From the NCBI GenBank assembly GCA_963663165.1, contig OY760175.1, positions 5,920,001 through 5,984,000 of the forward strand: DNA of 64,000 nt. The letters run 5' to 3'. The DNA comes from an uncultured Desulfospira sp. GTDB lineage: Bacteria; Desulfobacterota; Desulfobacteria; Desulfobacterales; Desulfobacteraceae. Positions 10,327-20,740 of this stretch are shown in pieces. The translations under genes were made by a program, and so were the position numbers. Each line of letters starts with the position of its first letter. Positions within the stretch are counted from its first letter, which is position 1. The notes under the pieces were generated by a model. The model had not been told where the DNA came from and ran no database searches. It saw only the letters and a list, made by a program, of their open reading frames with translations.

Positions 10327-11271
10327 ATGAACATCACTCGTAAACTCATTAACACTGGCATCAGCCTGGCATTAACCGGTCTGCTGGTGCTCCCCTTGAC
10401 CGCCGCAGCCGGTAACGGCAAAGCAAATGGCAGCGGCAAAGCAAACAGCGGTCAATGTACTGCCGGCATTATCACCCTTCCCGCAGGGGAACTTTCTGAA
10501 CAGGAAACCGCCACCCTGCTTCATATGAGAGAGGAGGAAAAACTGGCCAGGGATGTGTATCTGGAACTTTATGAACAATGGGGCCTGGGGATATTCGCCA
10601 ATATCGCCCGCAGTGAACAGCGCCACATGGACACCCTGAAAATCCTCATTGACAAGTACGGATTGACAGACCCTGTTGCAGATAATGCACCGGGGGTATT
10701 TACGGATTCAGACCTTAAGGTGCTTTATGAAGAGTTTATTGCCGACGGCCAGGTGTCTTTAGTGGAGGCCCTGACCGTGGGGGCGACCATTGAAGACCTT
10801 GATATTTCTGATCTCCAGGCCGCTTTGGCACAATCCGATGATGAGGATGTGAGGACAGCTTACCAGAACCTGATGAAAGGCTCCCGCAACCACTTGCGGG
10901 CCTTTGTCTACCAGCTGGATCGCAATGGTGCCGGATATACCCCTGAGTATATCAGCGTTGAAACCTATGAATCGATTATTTCCTCTCCCAAAGAAAGGGG
11001 ATACGTCAATGAGGCCGGCGAACCGGTGGTGGGATCCGGGGGCAGCCGGAAAGGGTCAGGCTGCCCGGGAAGATGCCCCTTTTTAAGTTCCGGGGCTTCA
11101 ACGGATGACAATGGCCTGCTGCTGTCCCGGGGCGGTAATGGCAGGGGTGGCGGTAAAGGCGGTGGCAAGGGCGGCGGCCGTGGGCCTGGGGATGGTACCG
11201 GCAACGGCGGGAACGGCCCCAAAGACGGCAGCGGGAATGGCAAGAAAACCGGCACTTGCATCTATTCCTGA
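10327..11271 (+). CDS. Secreted DUF2202 ferritin-like protein with Gly-rich tail
   Basis: Signal peptide; MREEEKLARDVY, SEQRH, IEDLDI.DL, GSRNHLRAF; AGGAGG RBS before ATG 10327. Confidence 0.85.
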   Translation: MNITRKLINTGISLALTGLLVLPLTAAAGNGKANGSGKANSGQCTAGIITLPAGELSEQETATLLHMREEEKLARDVYLELYEQWGLGIFANIARSEQRHMDTLKILIDKYGLTDPVADNAPGVFTDSDLKVLYEEFIADGQVSLVEALTVGATIEDLDISDLQAALAQSDDEDVRTAYQNLMKGSRNHLRAFVYQLDRNGAGYTPEYISVETYESIISSPKERGYVNEAGEPVVGSGGSRKGSGCPGRCPFLSSGASTDDNGLLLSRGGNGRGGGKGGGKGGGRGPGDGTGNGGNGPKDGSGNGKKTGTCIYS

Positions 11272-11374
11272 GTCCCTGATAAGATATGAACGGTCCCTGT
11301 CCTTTTAACAGCGGTTTTTCCACCAGGGCAGGGAACCCTCACTGTTGGTTTTTTAGGGGGGCACCGGGGTTGTA

Positions 11375-11770
11375 ATGCGTTGTTTTCTTATCATAATAAC
11401 AGCTGTCTGGGGGGCATTGCTTTGGGCTGGGACGCCAGCGGCTTTGGCCCAGGATGTCCTGACAGTTCAGGTGGTTTCCCTGGACCCGGATCAGGGGGTC
11501 ATGATTGTTGAGCCGGTCGGTTCCGGCAGCACCCCTGACAGCATAACGGTTTATTACGCTCTGGAACAGGCGCCTCCAAGACTTTCCCAGGGGGATGTGA
11601 TCCGCATGAAAGGCACCTGGTCACCGGATAACAGCGGCCAGTTTACGGCATTTCATATCGGATACGGAAAAAACAACCAAGATCCTACCGGTGTCCGCTC
11701 CCGTATTGGAAAGTGCCGGGGGCAGGGTCGCGGGGGCGGCAAAGGCCAGGGAAAATCATGGGGGAAATGA
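11375..11770 (+). CDS. Exported hypothetical protein (OB-fold-like, DPTGVRSR motif, Gly-rich tail)
   Basis: Signal peptide; operon position; stop overlaps the kinase start (ATGA). Confidence 0.65.
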   Translation: MRCFLIIITAVWGALLWAGTPAALAQDVLTVQVVSLDPDQGVMIVEPVGSGSTPDSITVYYALEQAPPRLSQGDVIRMKGTWSPDNSGQFTAFHIGYGKNNQDPTGVRSRIGKCRGQGRGGGKGQGKSWGK

Positions 11771-13341
11771 ACGCTTGCACCGGGCTGCCGGAACGGTTTT
11801 CTTCGGGCTGGAAAGGCAATGCCGCCATTGTCAGTTTTCTGGTGCTGATCATGGCCGGGTATTATTACTGGCAGCTTCAGGCCGCCGAGCGCGCCTTTAC
11901 CTCGCATATGAAAGAACACGCCCGGATGGTGGCCGGTGTGATCGGGCTGAATGCCGAACGGGCGCTGCTCTCCCGGGAAATCATTGAACAGGTCATGGAA
12001 ACTTTTTTGGGCAATGCCGCCCGGTTTGTGGCCTATCTGGACAATATCGAACCCTTCACCCATGAGGAGCTTTCGGCGTTTGCCTCCGAGTCCGGTTTAA
12101 GCGGCATCCGGATTGTTCGAAAGGGCAGGGATGTCCAGGGACCGGCTGACTGGCTTCCGGCCGGGGCAGCCACCTGCTCCAAAGAACGGATCTGCCATCT
12201 TCCCCTGGCCGGGCTGTATGTGTTCTTCTGGCCCCAACCCAATGGAACCGGGTTTATCCAGCTGGGGATTTCTGACACCCGGATCCTTGAAATGGGGAAA
12301 CGGGTAGGCCTGGAAACACTGCTGGGGCGTCTTCGCGGTCTTGGGGGCATCCAATTTATCCGCCTTGTGCCCTCCCATGGGGCACATGCCAAAACCCCTG
12401 AACTGAAACTGACTGAGGATACGGCCGAGGTCTGCCTGGCCCTGGGTCGGGAAGACCTGGTGGTGGGCATGGCGGCCCGGCATTTCTTTGAGCGCCGGGC
12501 CCTGCTGAAACATGAATTCTTTATGTTTACCGGTGTGCTGCTAATCCTGGGGGCCTTATTTTCCTGGTTGCTTTTCCGTTATCAAAAAACTTTTTTGAAC
12601 CAGGTGCGGCAGTATGAGCGAAAACTGGCAAAGGAGCAGGAAGACGCTGCCCTGGGCCGGGCATCCGCTGCCATCACCCACGAGATCCGGAACCCGTTAA
12701 ATGCCATCAGCATGGGGCTTCAGCGCCTTCAAATTGAGGCCAATGACCTTTCAGGCGAACACCAGGAGCTTCTGGATACCCTGCTGGGAGCGGTCCGGCG
12801 CACCGACGGCATTATCCGGGAATTAAAGCGGTATGCCCATCCGGTAAGCCCCCGGCTCAGCCCGGTATCGTTGCCAAAGGTGCTGGACAAGATCCTAACC
12901 CTCTACCGCGCCCCCATGGAGGACGCCGGCATTACAGTTGATCTTCATGTGGATGATCCCGGGGTGGTTCAGGTCGATCCGGACCTGATCAGCGAGGTGA
13001 TTGAAAACCTGGTGAAGAATGCCGTGGAAGCCCAAGCCTCCGGCGGCGTGGTTTCCATTTATATTGACCGCCTGAACGTCCATGCACGGCTGGTGATGGA
13101 GAACGGCGGCTATCCGGGAAACCCGGAGGAAATTTTCGGTTTGACAGAGCCTTACGTCACCACCAAAACACGGGGCTCAGGTCTGGGGCTGGCCATTGTA
13201 TCCCGGATCGTCCAGGCCCATGGGGGGCGGCTTCAACTGTTTTCCCCTGAACCGGGGCGATTCCGGGTGTCAATTCTACTGCCGGTGGCAGGCCCTGAAG
13301 CCCATGCCCTTGAACCGATGGATAAAGGCGGCAGACTATGA
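11767..13341 (+). CDS. Membrane sensor histidine kinase (ZraS/NtrB-like)
   Basis: Two TMs, ITHEIRNPL H-box, ENLVKNAVEA N-box, GSGLGLAIV G-box. Confidence 0.92.
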   Translation: MNACTGLPERFSSGWKGNAAIVSFLVLIMAGYYYWQLQAAERAFTSHMKEHARMVAGVIGLNAERALLSREIIEQVMETFLGNAARFVAYLDNIEPFTHEELSAFASESGLSGIRIVRKGRDVQGPADWLPAGAATCSKERICHLPLAGLYVFFWPQPNGTGFIQLGISDTRILEMGKRVGLETLLGRLRGLGGIQFIRLVPSHGAHAKTPELKLTEDTAEVCLALGREDLVVGMAARHFFERRALLKHEFFMFTGVLLILGALFSWLLFRYQKTFLNQVRQYERKLAKEQEDAALGRASAAITHEIRNPLNAISMGLQRLQIEANDLSGEHQELLDTLLGAVRRTDGIIRELKRYAHPVSPRLSPVSLPKVLDKILTLYRAPMEDAGITVDLHVDDPGVVQVDPDLISEVIENLVKNAVEAQASGGVVSIYIDRLNVHARLVMENGGYPGNPEEIFGLTEPYVTTKTRGSGLGLAIVSRIVQAHGGRLQLFSPEPGRFRVSILLPVAGPEAHALEPMDKGGRL

Positions 13342-14675
13342 AGATTTTGATTGTAGACGATGAGGCGGATCAGCGCGGACTGCTCAAAGGCTTTCTTGAA
13401 AAACAAGGATATGCGGTGACCGAAGCCGAATCCGGTTCAAAGGCCCTGGCCCGTTTCGGTGCCGAACCCTTTCAGCTGGTCCTGCTGGATCACCGGATGC
13501 CCGGAATGACCGGCGATGAACTGCTCCGCGAGATCAAGGCCTTAAATCCCCTGGTCCGGGCCATCATGATCACGGCATTTGGTTCAGTGGACACTGCCGT
13601 CAGTGTAATGAAGCTGGGGGCTGACGATTTTATTGAAAAGCCGGTGGACCTTAAACGCTTGCTTGCGCGAATACAGCGCATTGAACAGCAGGTGATCATT
13701 GAACAGGAGGCCGCCGATATTGCCCAATGCCTGGATAACAGCCCCCTGCCGCTTCCCATTATCGGGGACGGTCCGGCCATGAAAACAGTGCTGTCGCTTG
13801 TCCGGCGCATTGCCCCTACCGAATGGACGGCCCTGATCCACGGCGAAACCGGCTGCGGCAAAGAGCTCATCGCCCGGCTCATTCATCTTCTCAGCCCCCG
13901 GAAAAATCAGCCGTTTATTGAAGTCAACTGCGCGGCCATCCCGGAAAACCTGTTTGAATCAGAGTTGTTCGGCCATGAAAAGGGCTCGTTCACCGGGGCC
14001 TCCGGACAGCGGAAAGGCCGGTTTGAACTGGCGGACAAAGGGGTACTGTTCTTAGATGAAGTCGGCGAGCTTTCCATGGCGGTCCAGGCCAAGCTGCTGC
14101 GGGCCCTCCAGGAAAAGAAAATCCAGCGGGTGGGCGGTGACAAGCTGATTTCTGCCGACGTCCGGGTGCTGGCCGCCACCAATCGGGATTTAAAACAGAT
14201 GGTTCTGGAAAGACGGTTCAGGGAAGACCTGTATTACCGGATCAATGTGCTGGATATTGAACTGCCGCCCCTGCGCCGCCGGCGGGAGGATATCCCGGTG
14301 CTGGCCAGGTTTTTTATCCAGCGGTACAGCCCCCGGGAAATCTGGTTTGATGCCGATGCACTGGCTACCCTGGTGAAATATAATTTCCCTGGCAATGTCC
14401 GGGAGCTGGAGCATATGATCCAGCGGATGACCACCCTGGCCCGGGGACCGGTTCTTAAAACATCAGACCTGCCCCGGGAAGTGCGCTTTCATAAGGCCGC
14501 AGATACCGGGGGCAGCCTTTCAGAACGGCTGGATGCCGTTGAGCGGGAGATGGTGATAACTGCCCTGGAAAATCATGACGGGGTCCAGACCCAGGCCGCA
14601 GCATCCCTGGGCATCAGTGAACGGGTGCTGCGGTATAAAATGAAAAAACACGGGCTTCAAAAGTCCGGCAGATAA
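13338..14675 (+). CDS. Sigma54-dependent response regulator (NtrC/ZraR/AtoC family)
   Basis: REC domain, [31 protein letters not shown], Fis-type HTH. Confidence 0.95.
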   Translation: MKILIVDDEADQRGLLKGFLEKQGYAVTEAESGSKALARFGAEPFQLVLLDHRMPGMTGDELLREIKALNPLVRAIMITAFGSVDTAVSVMKLGADDFIEKPVDLKRLLARIQRIEQQVIIEQEAADIAQCLDNSPLPLPIIGDGPAMKTVLSLVRRIAPTEWTALIHGETGCGKELIARLIHLLSPRKNQPFIEVNCAAIPENLFESELFGHEKGSFTGASGQRKGRFELADKGVLFLDEVGELSMAVQAKLLRALQEKKIQRVGGDKLISADVRVLAATNRDLKQMVLERRFREDLYYRINVLDIELPPLRRRREDIPVLARFFIQRYSPREIWFDADALATLVKYNFPGNVRELEHMIQRMTTLARGPVLKTSDLPREVRFHKAADTGGSLSERLDAVEREMVITALENHDGVQTQAAASLGISERVLRYKMKKHGLQKSGR

Positions 14676-14836
14676 GTGTTCCCGTGTTTTTTTCTCTACA
14701 GTTCACGGGAATCCCGCCAGGACAGTTTCGTTTTTTTATCTTGAACGGCGATTGGAAACTCATTCCCCGCGTGAAAACACCTGTTTATTTTTCAATATAT
14801 TAAACCAATTCGTTTCCCCTGGGCCAGGCCTCTCCA

Positions 14837-15781
14837 GTGGCGGCTGCCCAGGCACCAGCCGTGGCCGGCCAGGTGGCCAATGCCATGAGTTCGGTGGTCC
14901 AGAGCCGTCAGGGGAGCCTGTCAGGGCTCAACTCAGGGGACCCGGTGTTCACCGACAGAAATTTGTGGGTAAAGCCTTTTGCTAATTTTATGGACCAGGA
15001 AGACAATGACGGGGCTTACGGGTTCAGTGCCAAGGCTTACGGCATGGGAATGGGGGTGGACGGTGAGGTTGCGTCAGGCGACCGGCTCGGAATTTCCCTG
15101 TTTTATACCAGGGCCCGGGCCGATACCAACAACGTGGAACAGGACACAGATATGGACGTGGTAAACCTTATGGTTTACGGCAGCCGTCCCCTGGCAAAAG
15201 AAAAGAACCTAACCTTTTTCTGGCAGTTTGGCGGCGGTATTCAGGATACAGAATCCAGCCGCTATCTGTCCGGAATCACCAGCAAGGCCAAAGCCGATTA
15301 TACCGGTACCGACCTCTTTGCCCAGGTCCGGGCCGTGCAGGCCTTTAAAATCAAAGAAAATCTTATACTCACCGGCGGGGCCTCTGTCTCCTATACCTGG
15401 ATTTACACCCCCTCATAGTCAGAGTCGGGTGCCGGTGGCATGAACCTGGATGTGGACAGCAACGATACCCAGGTTCTGGTCCCCGGCCTTGAAGGCGGAT
15501 TGACCTGGACCCCGGCAAAGGATTTTGATGTTAAAGCCAATGTGTTTGTCGGCTATGACCTCATTGACGATGACGCTGCGGTCACCTCCAGGTTTCAGGG
15601 GGCAGGGGCTTCCTTTGTTACGGAAGGTATTGACAATTCGCCTTTGGTTTACGCTGCTGGCATAGGGATTGCCAAAAAATTTACAGACAGGTTCACCCTG
15701 GATGCGGATTACACCCTGGACGGCCGGGGCAGCGACTTTATCAACCATACGGTTTCATGCAAATTCACCTGGCGGTTATAG
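14837..15781 (+). pseudogene. Autotransporter beta-barrel domain remnant with in-frame TAG; no signal peptide or passenger domain
   Basis: ORFs 14837-15418 and 15440-15781 are in the same frame, split by TAG 15416-15418 in YTPS*SESGAGGMNL; amphipathic beta strands ending in KFTWRL. Confidence 0.8.
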
Positions 15782-15793
15782 GTTGGCCCATAT

Positions 15794-15830
15794 CAGCAGG
15801 GCCGGGGGGGGCAATGCCTCGGCCCTGCTG
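15794..15830 (+). terminator. GC-rich hairpin, probable terminator
   Basis: cagcagggccg...cggccctgctg after the autotransporter stop. Confidence 0.55.
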
Positions 15831-15841
15831 TTGACTTAAAC

Positions 15842-16030
15842 ATTACCAGGGGCCGCTATAAAACCGATCGGATTGTTGATGATCCAACAGACAACAAGTT
15901 TCTGGCCTGCGTTTTGAAGGGCCGGGCCGATTACGTCCTGTCCAGAGGCCCGCTTCTGAGGAATTTCATGCATTATCAAGGCATCCAGATACTTGATGCC
16001 ACTGTGCTTCTAAAGAAAATGGGTGATTAA
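15842..16030 (+). pseudogene. C-terminal fragment of a PIN-family toxin
   Basis: Manual translation IVDDPTDNKFLACVLKGRADYVLS...YQGIQIL; no start or N-terminus. Confidence 0.75.
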
Positions 16031-16126
16031 TTTTATGTTTTCGGTATCCAAAAGAGTCGATTAAGACCATTTTGGGGATATATTTTGGGATCTTTCCCAT
16101 TATATTACAATGGGTTGCCGCGGCCC

Positions 16127-16226
16127 GACCCCAGACCACAGACCACTAATGGGCGACCCCAGACCAGTGGCCAGACCAACAGACCAACGAGACCAGACCA
16201 CACAGACCACACAGACCACCAGACCA
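16127..16226. repeat. Array of 10 AGACCA hexamers with variable spacers
   Basis: AGACCA at 16133, 16140, 16161, 16173, 16181, 16190, 16195, 16204, 16213, 16221; GACCCCAGACCA twice. Confidence 0.85.
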
Positions 16227-16373
16227 CCACATGATAAAGAAGGTTACGCCTTCAATGGATTCGCAACTCTTTCCTGCCCACATATTGACAATTTTGATGG
16301 CGTTGCATACATTGAAATCATACTATATTGAAATACACATTACATCAGAGGAACCCCAAATGAAGGAGGCATA

Positions 16374-16631
16374 ATGGGAAGTTTGACAATCAGAAATATG
16401 GACGATTCAATTAAAGCAAAACTGCGTATGGTTGCCGCCATGAATGATAGATCCATGGAAGAGGAGGCCAGACAAATTCTTAAAAAATTCCTGTTAGAAC
16501 AACGCTGTTCAGAAGGGATCGGCTCCCGAATTGCCAATCGTTTTGCAAATGCCGGCGGTGTCATTTTACCTGAAATCCAGAGATCCCAACCACGTTTTTC
16601 GGCAGATGCTCAACTGGATGAAGAAAAATGA
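16374..16631 (+). CDS. FitA-like ribbon-helix-helix antitoxin
   Basis: MGSLTIRNMDDSIKAKLR..AA...RSMEEEARQIL; overlaps the PIN toxin gene. Confidence 0.9.
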   Translation: MGSLTIRNMDDSIKAKLRMVAAMNDRSMEEEARQILKKFLLEQRCSEGIGSRIANRFANAGGVILPEIQRSQPRFSADAQLDEEK

Positions 16632-17065
16632 TTCTGCTTGATACGAATGTATTGTCAGAGTTGATGAAACCCGCGCCAGATAAGCAGGTTGTTTCCTGGT
16701 TAGATAAACAATCCGAGTGGAATCTATGGACCAGTTCAATAACTCTTGCTGAAATTTTTCTTGGTATCTCTCTACTGAATGATGGAAAAAAGAAGACCAT
16801 GTTATTTGAATTGGCTCAACAGATGTTTGATGAAGATTTTAAGGGCAGATGCTTACCGTTTGATGATCAGGCCGCTGTCGAGTACGCAGTAATAGTGGCC
16901 AAAAGAACAAAAATCGGTAGACCAGTCAGTGTAGAAGATGCACAGATCGCATCAATTTCAAAAACGGCCAACCTGGTTTTGGCGACTCGAAACATCAAAG
17001 ATTTTGATGAGATCGACGGATTGAGATTGATTAATCCATGGAATTACCAGAGCACAAGCAGGTGA
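16628..17065 (+). CDS. vapC: VapC/FitB PIN-domain toxin
   Basis: MILLDTNVLSELMK, AEI, DAQIA, LATRNIKDF, INPW. Confidence 0.93.
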   Translation: MILLDTNVLSELMKPAPDKQVVSWLDKQSEWNLWTSSITLAEIFLGISLLNDGKKKTMLFELAQQMFDEDFKGRCLPFDDQAAVEYAVIVAKRTKIGRPVSVEDAQIASISKTANLVLATRNIKDFDEIDGLRLINPWNYQSTSR

Positions 17066-17475
17066 TATTGAAAATGTATGAGTCGAGGTTGTCTTGGAGG
17101 TAGTCCTCACTGCCCAGAAGTTTAAAAGCACTGAGCTATTTTTTGAACGTTATCGCAGGTCCTGGAATAAAACTCGTCGCGGATGATACCATACCTGTCA
17201 GGGGGTATTCTGTATGGAGAAATGTCTAAAACATGTACCCCTGGTTTGGCTGAATGATGAAAATGAAGTGGGCTTCCAATTCTCAGGAGAGGGCGCGCAG
17301 GCATTCCCAAGTCATTTTATAAACCGTGGATACTTTTTGCTCGGGGGCATTTTAACCGGGGCCAGGTGAAACTGGAGACAAAGCTTTGCTTGACAGGGGA
17401 ATATGGATTCGGTTAAGGGTGCCCAGAACAGAATTTACATTTTATTGATAGGATTTTAACCCATAGGACAATCAA

Positions 17476-18012
17476 GTGGCCCTTAAACCCACCATTTTTA
17501 AAGCAAATATCACCCTGGCCGATGTGGACCGAAATGTTTACGAGACCTTGAACCTTACCCTTGCCCAGCACCCTTCTGAATCTGTTGAGCGCATGATGGC
17601 AAGAGTGATCGCATTCTGCATGAATGCCACTGAAACCCTGACCATGACCCGAGGGCTTTCCACTGTGGAGGAGCCGGATATCTGGGAGAAAACCCTGGAT
17701 GGCAGAATTGCCCTCTGGGTCGAGGTGGGAGAACCTTCCTTTGACCGGATCAAAAAGGCCGGACGGCTCTCTTCTGCGGTGCGGGTATATTCCTTTAACC
17801 TCAAGTCAGACAGCTGGTGGGAGAAGGAAGGGGAAAAGTTCCAGGGGTTAAGTGCGGAGGTCTTTCAGCTCCAATGGAAAGGCATACAGAAACTGGCTGG
17901 ATTGGCCAACAGGACAATGGACCTTTCCGTTACGGTTTCAGACGGTGTTATTTATGTTTCCGGGAATACCGGGGAGTGTGAAATTTCCTGGAAGCCCCTT
18001 AAGACGAATTAG
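17476..18012 (+). CDS. yaeQ: YaeQ family protein
   Basis: MALKPTIFKA, AQHPSE..ERMMAR, GLST.EEPDIW, WVEVGEP. Confidence 0.93.
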   Translation: MALKPTIFKANITLADVDRNVYETLNLTLAQHPSESVERMMARVIAFCMNATETLTMTRGLSTVEEPDIWEKTLDGRIALWVEVGEPSFDRIKKAGRLSSAVRVYSFNLKSDSWWEKEGEKFQGLSAEVFQLQWKGIQKLAGLANRTMDLSVTVSDGVIYVSGNTGECEISWKPLKTN

Positions 18013-18080
18013 CCGGGGCAAGGGTCTGGCGGATTTTATTGGCCAGCTGGTAATTGGAAAAGGGTTTCTGGATAAACTGC

Positions 18081-18410
18081 CTATAAATAAAGCGTCTCCG
18101 GCAGGTAGTCTTCGCCTTGCATTAAATTTTTATCGATATCCATTTTCCCATGTAAAATGCCAATGATATCAATGTGACGATTTGAGATAAGATAGAAGAT
18201 GATATGTTTCCGTGCTGGAAAAGATTAATAGCCTGGTGAGATTTCTGGTCGCTGCCTTCCAAGTCCCGGATTGGCAGCGACTTCATCAAGTGTATCCTCG
18301 ATGTCTTGAAAATATTTTTCAGCTTGTTGCTCCCCCCATGTCTCAACAGTGTAATGCCAGAATTCAATTAAATCTGATTTTGCTGAAGGCGTAAGTCGGT
18401 ATTCAGGCAT
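18081..18410 (-). pseudogene. parE: ParE/RelE toxin interrupted by in-frame TAA
   Basis: YRLTPSAKSDL...WGEQQAEKY...GRQRPEISPGY*SFPARKHIIFY...IIGILHGKMDI; stop at 18225-18227, frame continues to TAG at 18081. Confidence 0.88.
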
Positions 18411-18651
18411 TCCTGGCCTCAGTAATAATTTCGCTTACGGATTGCGCTACAAACTTCCCCTGTTTGGCTTGAGCCGCACCGATCGCTAAACGCTCTTTTA
18501 ACAATTCAAGTTTCATATGCTGAACCAATTCTTCGTTTTTTTCCCAAAACCGCAAAGCATCCCGAATAACTTCACTGGCGTTGTTGTAAAAGCCTGATGC
18601 TACTTTTTGCTTAACTCTGCTTTCAAGCTCAGGGGTCAATGAAATATGCAT
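18403..18651 (-). CDS. parD: ParD-family antitoxin
   Basis: MHISLTPELE..V..KVASGFYNNASEVIRDALR; AAGGAGG RBS; upstream of parE. Confidence 0.9.
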   Translation of the reverse strand: MHISLTPELESRVKQKVASGFYNNASEVIRDALRFWEKNEELVQHMKLELLKERLAIGAAQAKQGKFVAQSVSEIITEARNA

Positions 18652-18667
18652 TTCTGCCCTCCTTTAT

Positions 18668-18747
18668 ATGAAAGTCTCACTAACGTCCTGAGAAGACTTT
18701 CATTATTGGTTGTGGGCGATTCTTGGTTGGATAACCAAGGCGGCCCG
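18668..18747 (-). repeat. Two-hairpin ~80 nt element, copy 1 (5' of parD)
   Basis: atgaaagtctcactaacgtcctgagaagactttcat + gggcgattcttggttggataaccaaggcggcccg; homologous to 37244 and 51496. Confidence 0.85.
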
Positions 18748-19087
18748 GTTTCTGCCCTTTAGGGTATGGCCGTTATATAAAAAATAATTACAATATTATT
18801 GTGGTGGAAATACAATCATTGTCAATCTTTGTTTTGGCCAAGGATTATTATATTTGCTTTGGAACAGATTAGAATAACAGGGATAGTCCGGGGTGCCCTT
18901 CTATTTAAAAAAACGGATATCATCAGACGAATAGTCTTTACTGTCCAGATAATTTCTTGACTGGCAAAATCAAAGACATTCATGTAAAAAGTTCTGAATC
19001 TCCTTTCATGATGTATTGTTGGGAAAGGGGCAACAGTTTTGATGAACTTAAGGGGCTTTAATCAGAATTAGAGTACTCTATTAATGG

Positions 19088-20017
19088 ATGAATATGGGAC
19101 CAATTTCAAAAAAAAATATTGCTGGGCTGAAAAAAGCAAAAAACAAAAAAATAATAAATTTCAAGGAGTTAAAAGAAGCCAAGACACACGCGGAAAACCT
19201 TGAAAAAACGATCATATCAAAAGAAGAACTGGGCAAACATGATCCTATCCATGCTATGTATATTTATGCCCAAAATAAAGTATCAGTTCTCGTCGAACAG
19301 CTATCCGGCTTATCGGCTGTGTCAAAATTAACAAACATTTTAGAGCAAGCTGATGAGACTTATATGCCCTCCTTTCCGCCTCAAAGTCCAGTTACACAAT
19401 CGTACTTCACATGCTGGGGATTTTTTGATCTTTCCGTAGGGATTAAAAAAGAATCATTTGGCACGATACTCCTCGACGTTTTACGGACAATCAAAGCAGA
19501 TCCAGGATTGATTACAATAATTGAGTGTATGCAAAGTTCAAGGATGGGGATATTTGTCCATAAGGGAATCCAGGATCGATATGTTATTTTAGAAGAACTA
19601 ATTACCGGGGAAGAACATAAACTGATAGTTCCGAGCGGTTACCAGGGAAAAAAAGATGAAATATGGTATGTTAGGGTGATGCCTGCTCCATTTCCGGAGC
19701 TGAATTATGGGTATTCTGTCGCATTTACCACCCCGTATATTATTGTCGATTTGAATGGTCAGATTGGGGCTTCAGCTAACCGCGAGAATTGGGAAGCGTT
19801 TTTTGACCGGAACCTGAAAGCATCAAATGATAAAGACCGAATAAATGCATATGAATCCTTTATGAAACATGGAGAAAACAAGTTCTATTGGAACGAATAT
19901 ATCATTGAAGGATATGTTAATTATCAGTCGGATATAATTTTTCTTGCAGGTTTCCCAGATATCCCTTTGAGCATGCCCCTTTCCGTCGAAAGTCAGAAAG
20001 AACGGGGAGAGTTGTAA
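19088..20017 (+). CDS. Hypothetical protein (low GC)
   Basis: 309 aa ORF in AT-rich island; YMPSFPPQSPVTQSYFTCWGFFD segment; no family recognised. Confidence 0.75.
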   Translation: MNMGPISKKNIAGLKKAKNKKIINFKELKEAKTHAENLEKTIISKEELGKHDPIHAMYIYAQNKVSVLVEQLSGLSAVSKLTNILEQADETYMPSFPPQSPVTQSYFTCWGFFDLSVGIKKESFGTILLDVLRTIKADPGLITIIECMQSSRMGIFVHKGIQDRYVILEELITGEEHKLIVPSGYQGKKDEIWYVRVMPAPFPELNYGYSVAFTTPYIIVDLNGQIGASANRENWEAFFDRNLKASNDKDRINAYESFMKHGENKFYWNEYIIEGYVNYQSDIIFLAGFPDIPLSMPLSVESQKERGEL

Positions 20018-20083
20018 CGATGAGAACTATAAACAGAACAGCAATCACTATCATCCCCAAACAACCATACAAGGAGTAGTGGA

Positions 20084-20740
20084 ATGCCCAAGAAGAGGAA
20101 AATAAGAAAGATTCATGCTTCTTCAAGAAAAAACAGTGCACAACAACTTAAGATCCTCGAATATGACATATCATATGATCCTATACAAGATAAAAATTAC
20201 AATAAGTTACCAGACCACATAAAGGATAAAATTGATAACTTTTATTATTTGATACAGAAAAATCCTGATCCAGCAACAATTTCTGATTTAGAAAGTTTAA
20301 TAGAAAAATTTCCCAGCGTCCCGATGCTATATAATTATCTTAGCGTAGCATACTCTCGTTTAAAAAATAGGGAAAAAATTTTAGAGATTGTCGAGAAAAA
20401 TTATCGTATGAATCCTGATTATTTATTCGCTCGTTTAAACTATGCAGAAGTTTGTATCCAGAACGGTGATTATGAAAAAATAGCGGAGATATTTGATCAT
20501 AAATTCGACTTGCAATTACTTTACCCAAAACGGAAAAAATTTCATATATCAGAAGTTGCAAATTTCATGGGGATTATGGGGATCTATTTTTTTAGAATGG
20601 ACAAGCGAGAAATAGCTGAAAACCATTATAAAATTCTTGCAGAAATAGCTGATGATTACCCGATAACAAAAAAACTACATAAACAATTGCATCCTGGTTT
20701 TTTAAAACGAATGATTAAAAGTATGATCGGGAAGCATTAA
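20084..20740 (+). CDS. TPR-like hypothetical protein (low GC)
   Basis: LYNYLSVAY...NPDYLFARLNYAE helical-repeat pattern; AAGGAG RBS. Confidence 0.75.
   Translation: MPKKRKIRKIHASSRKNSAQQLKILEYDISYDPIQDKNYNKLPDHIKDKIDNFYYLIQKNPDPATISDLESLIEKFPSVPMLYNYLSVAYSRLKNREKILEIVEKNYRMNPDYLFARLNYAEVCIQNGDYEKIAEIFDHKFDLQLLYPKRKKFHISEVANFMGIMGIYFFRMDKREIAENHYKILAEIADDYPITKKLHKQLHPGFLKRMIKSMIGKH

Noticed and set aside
16127..16226. CRISPR array
   Set aside because: Units are 6 bp with very short spacers; no cas genes in the window.
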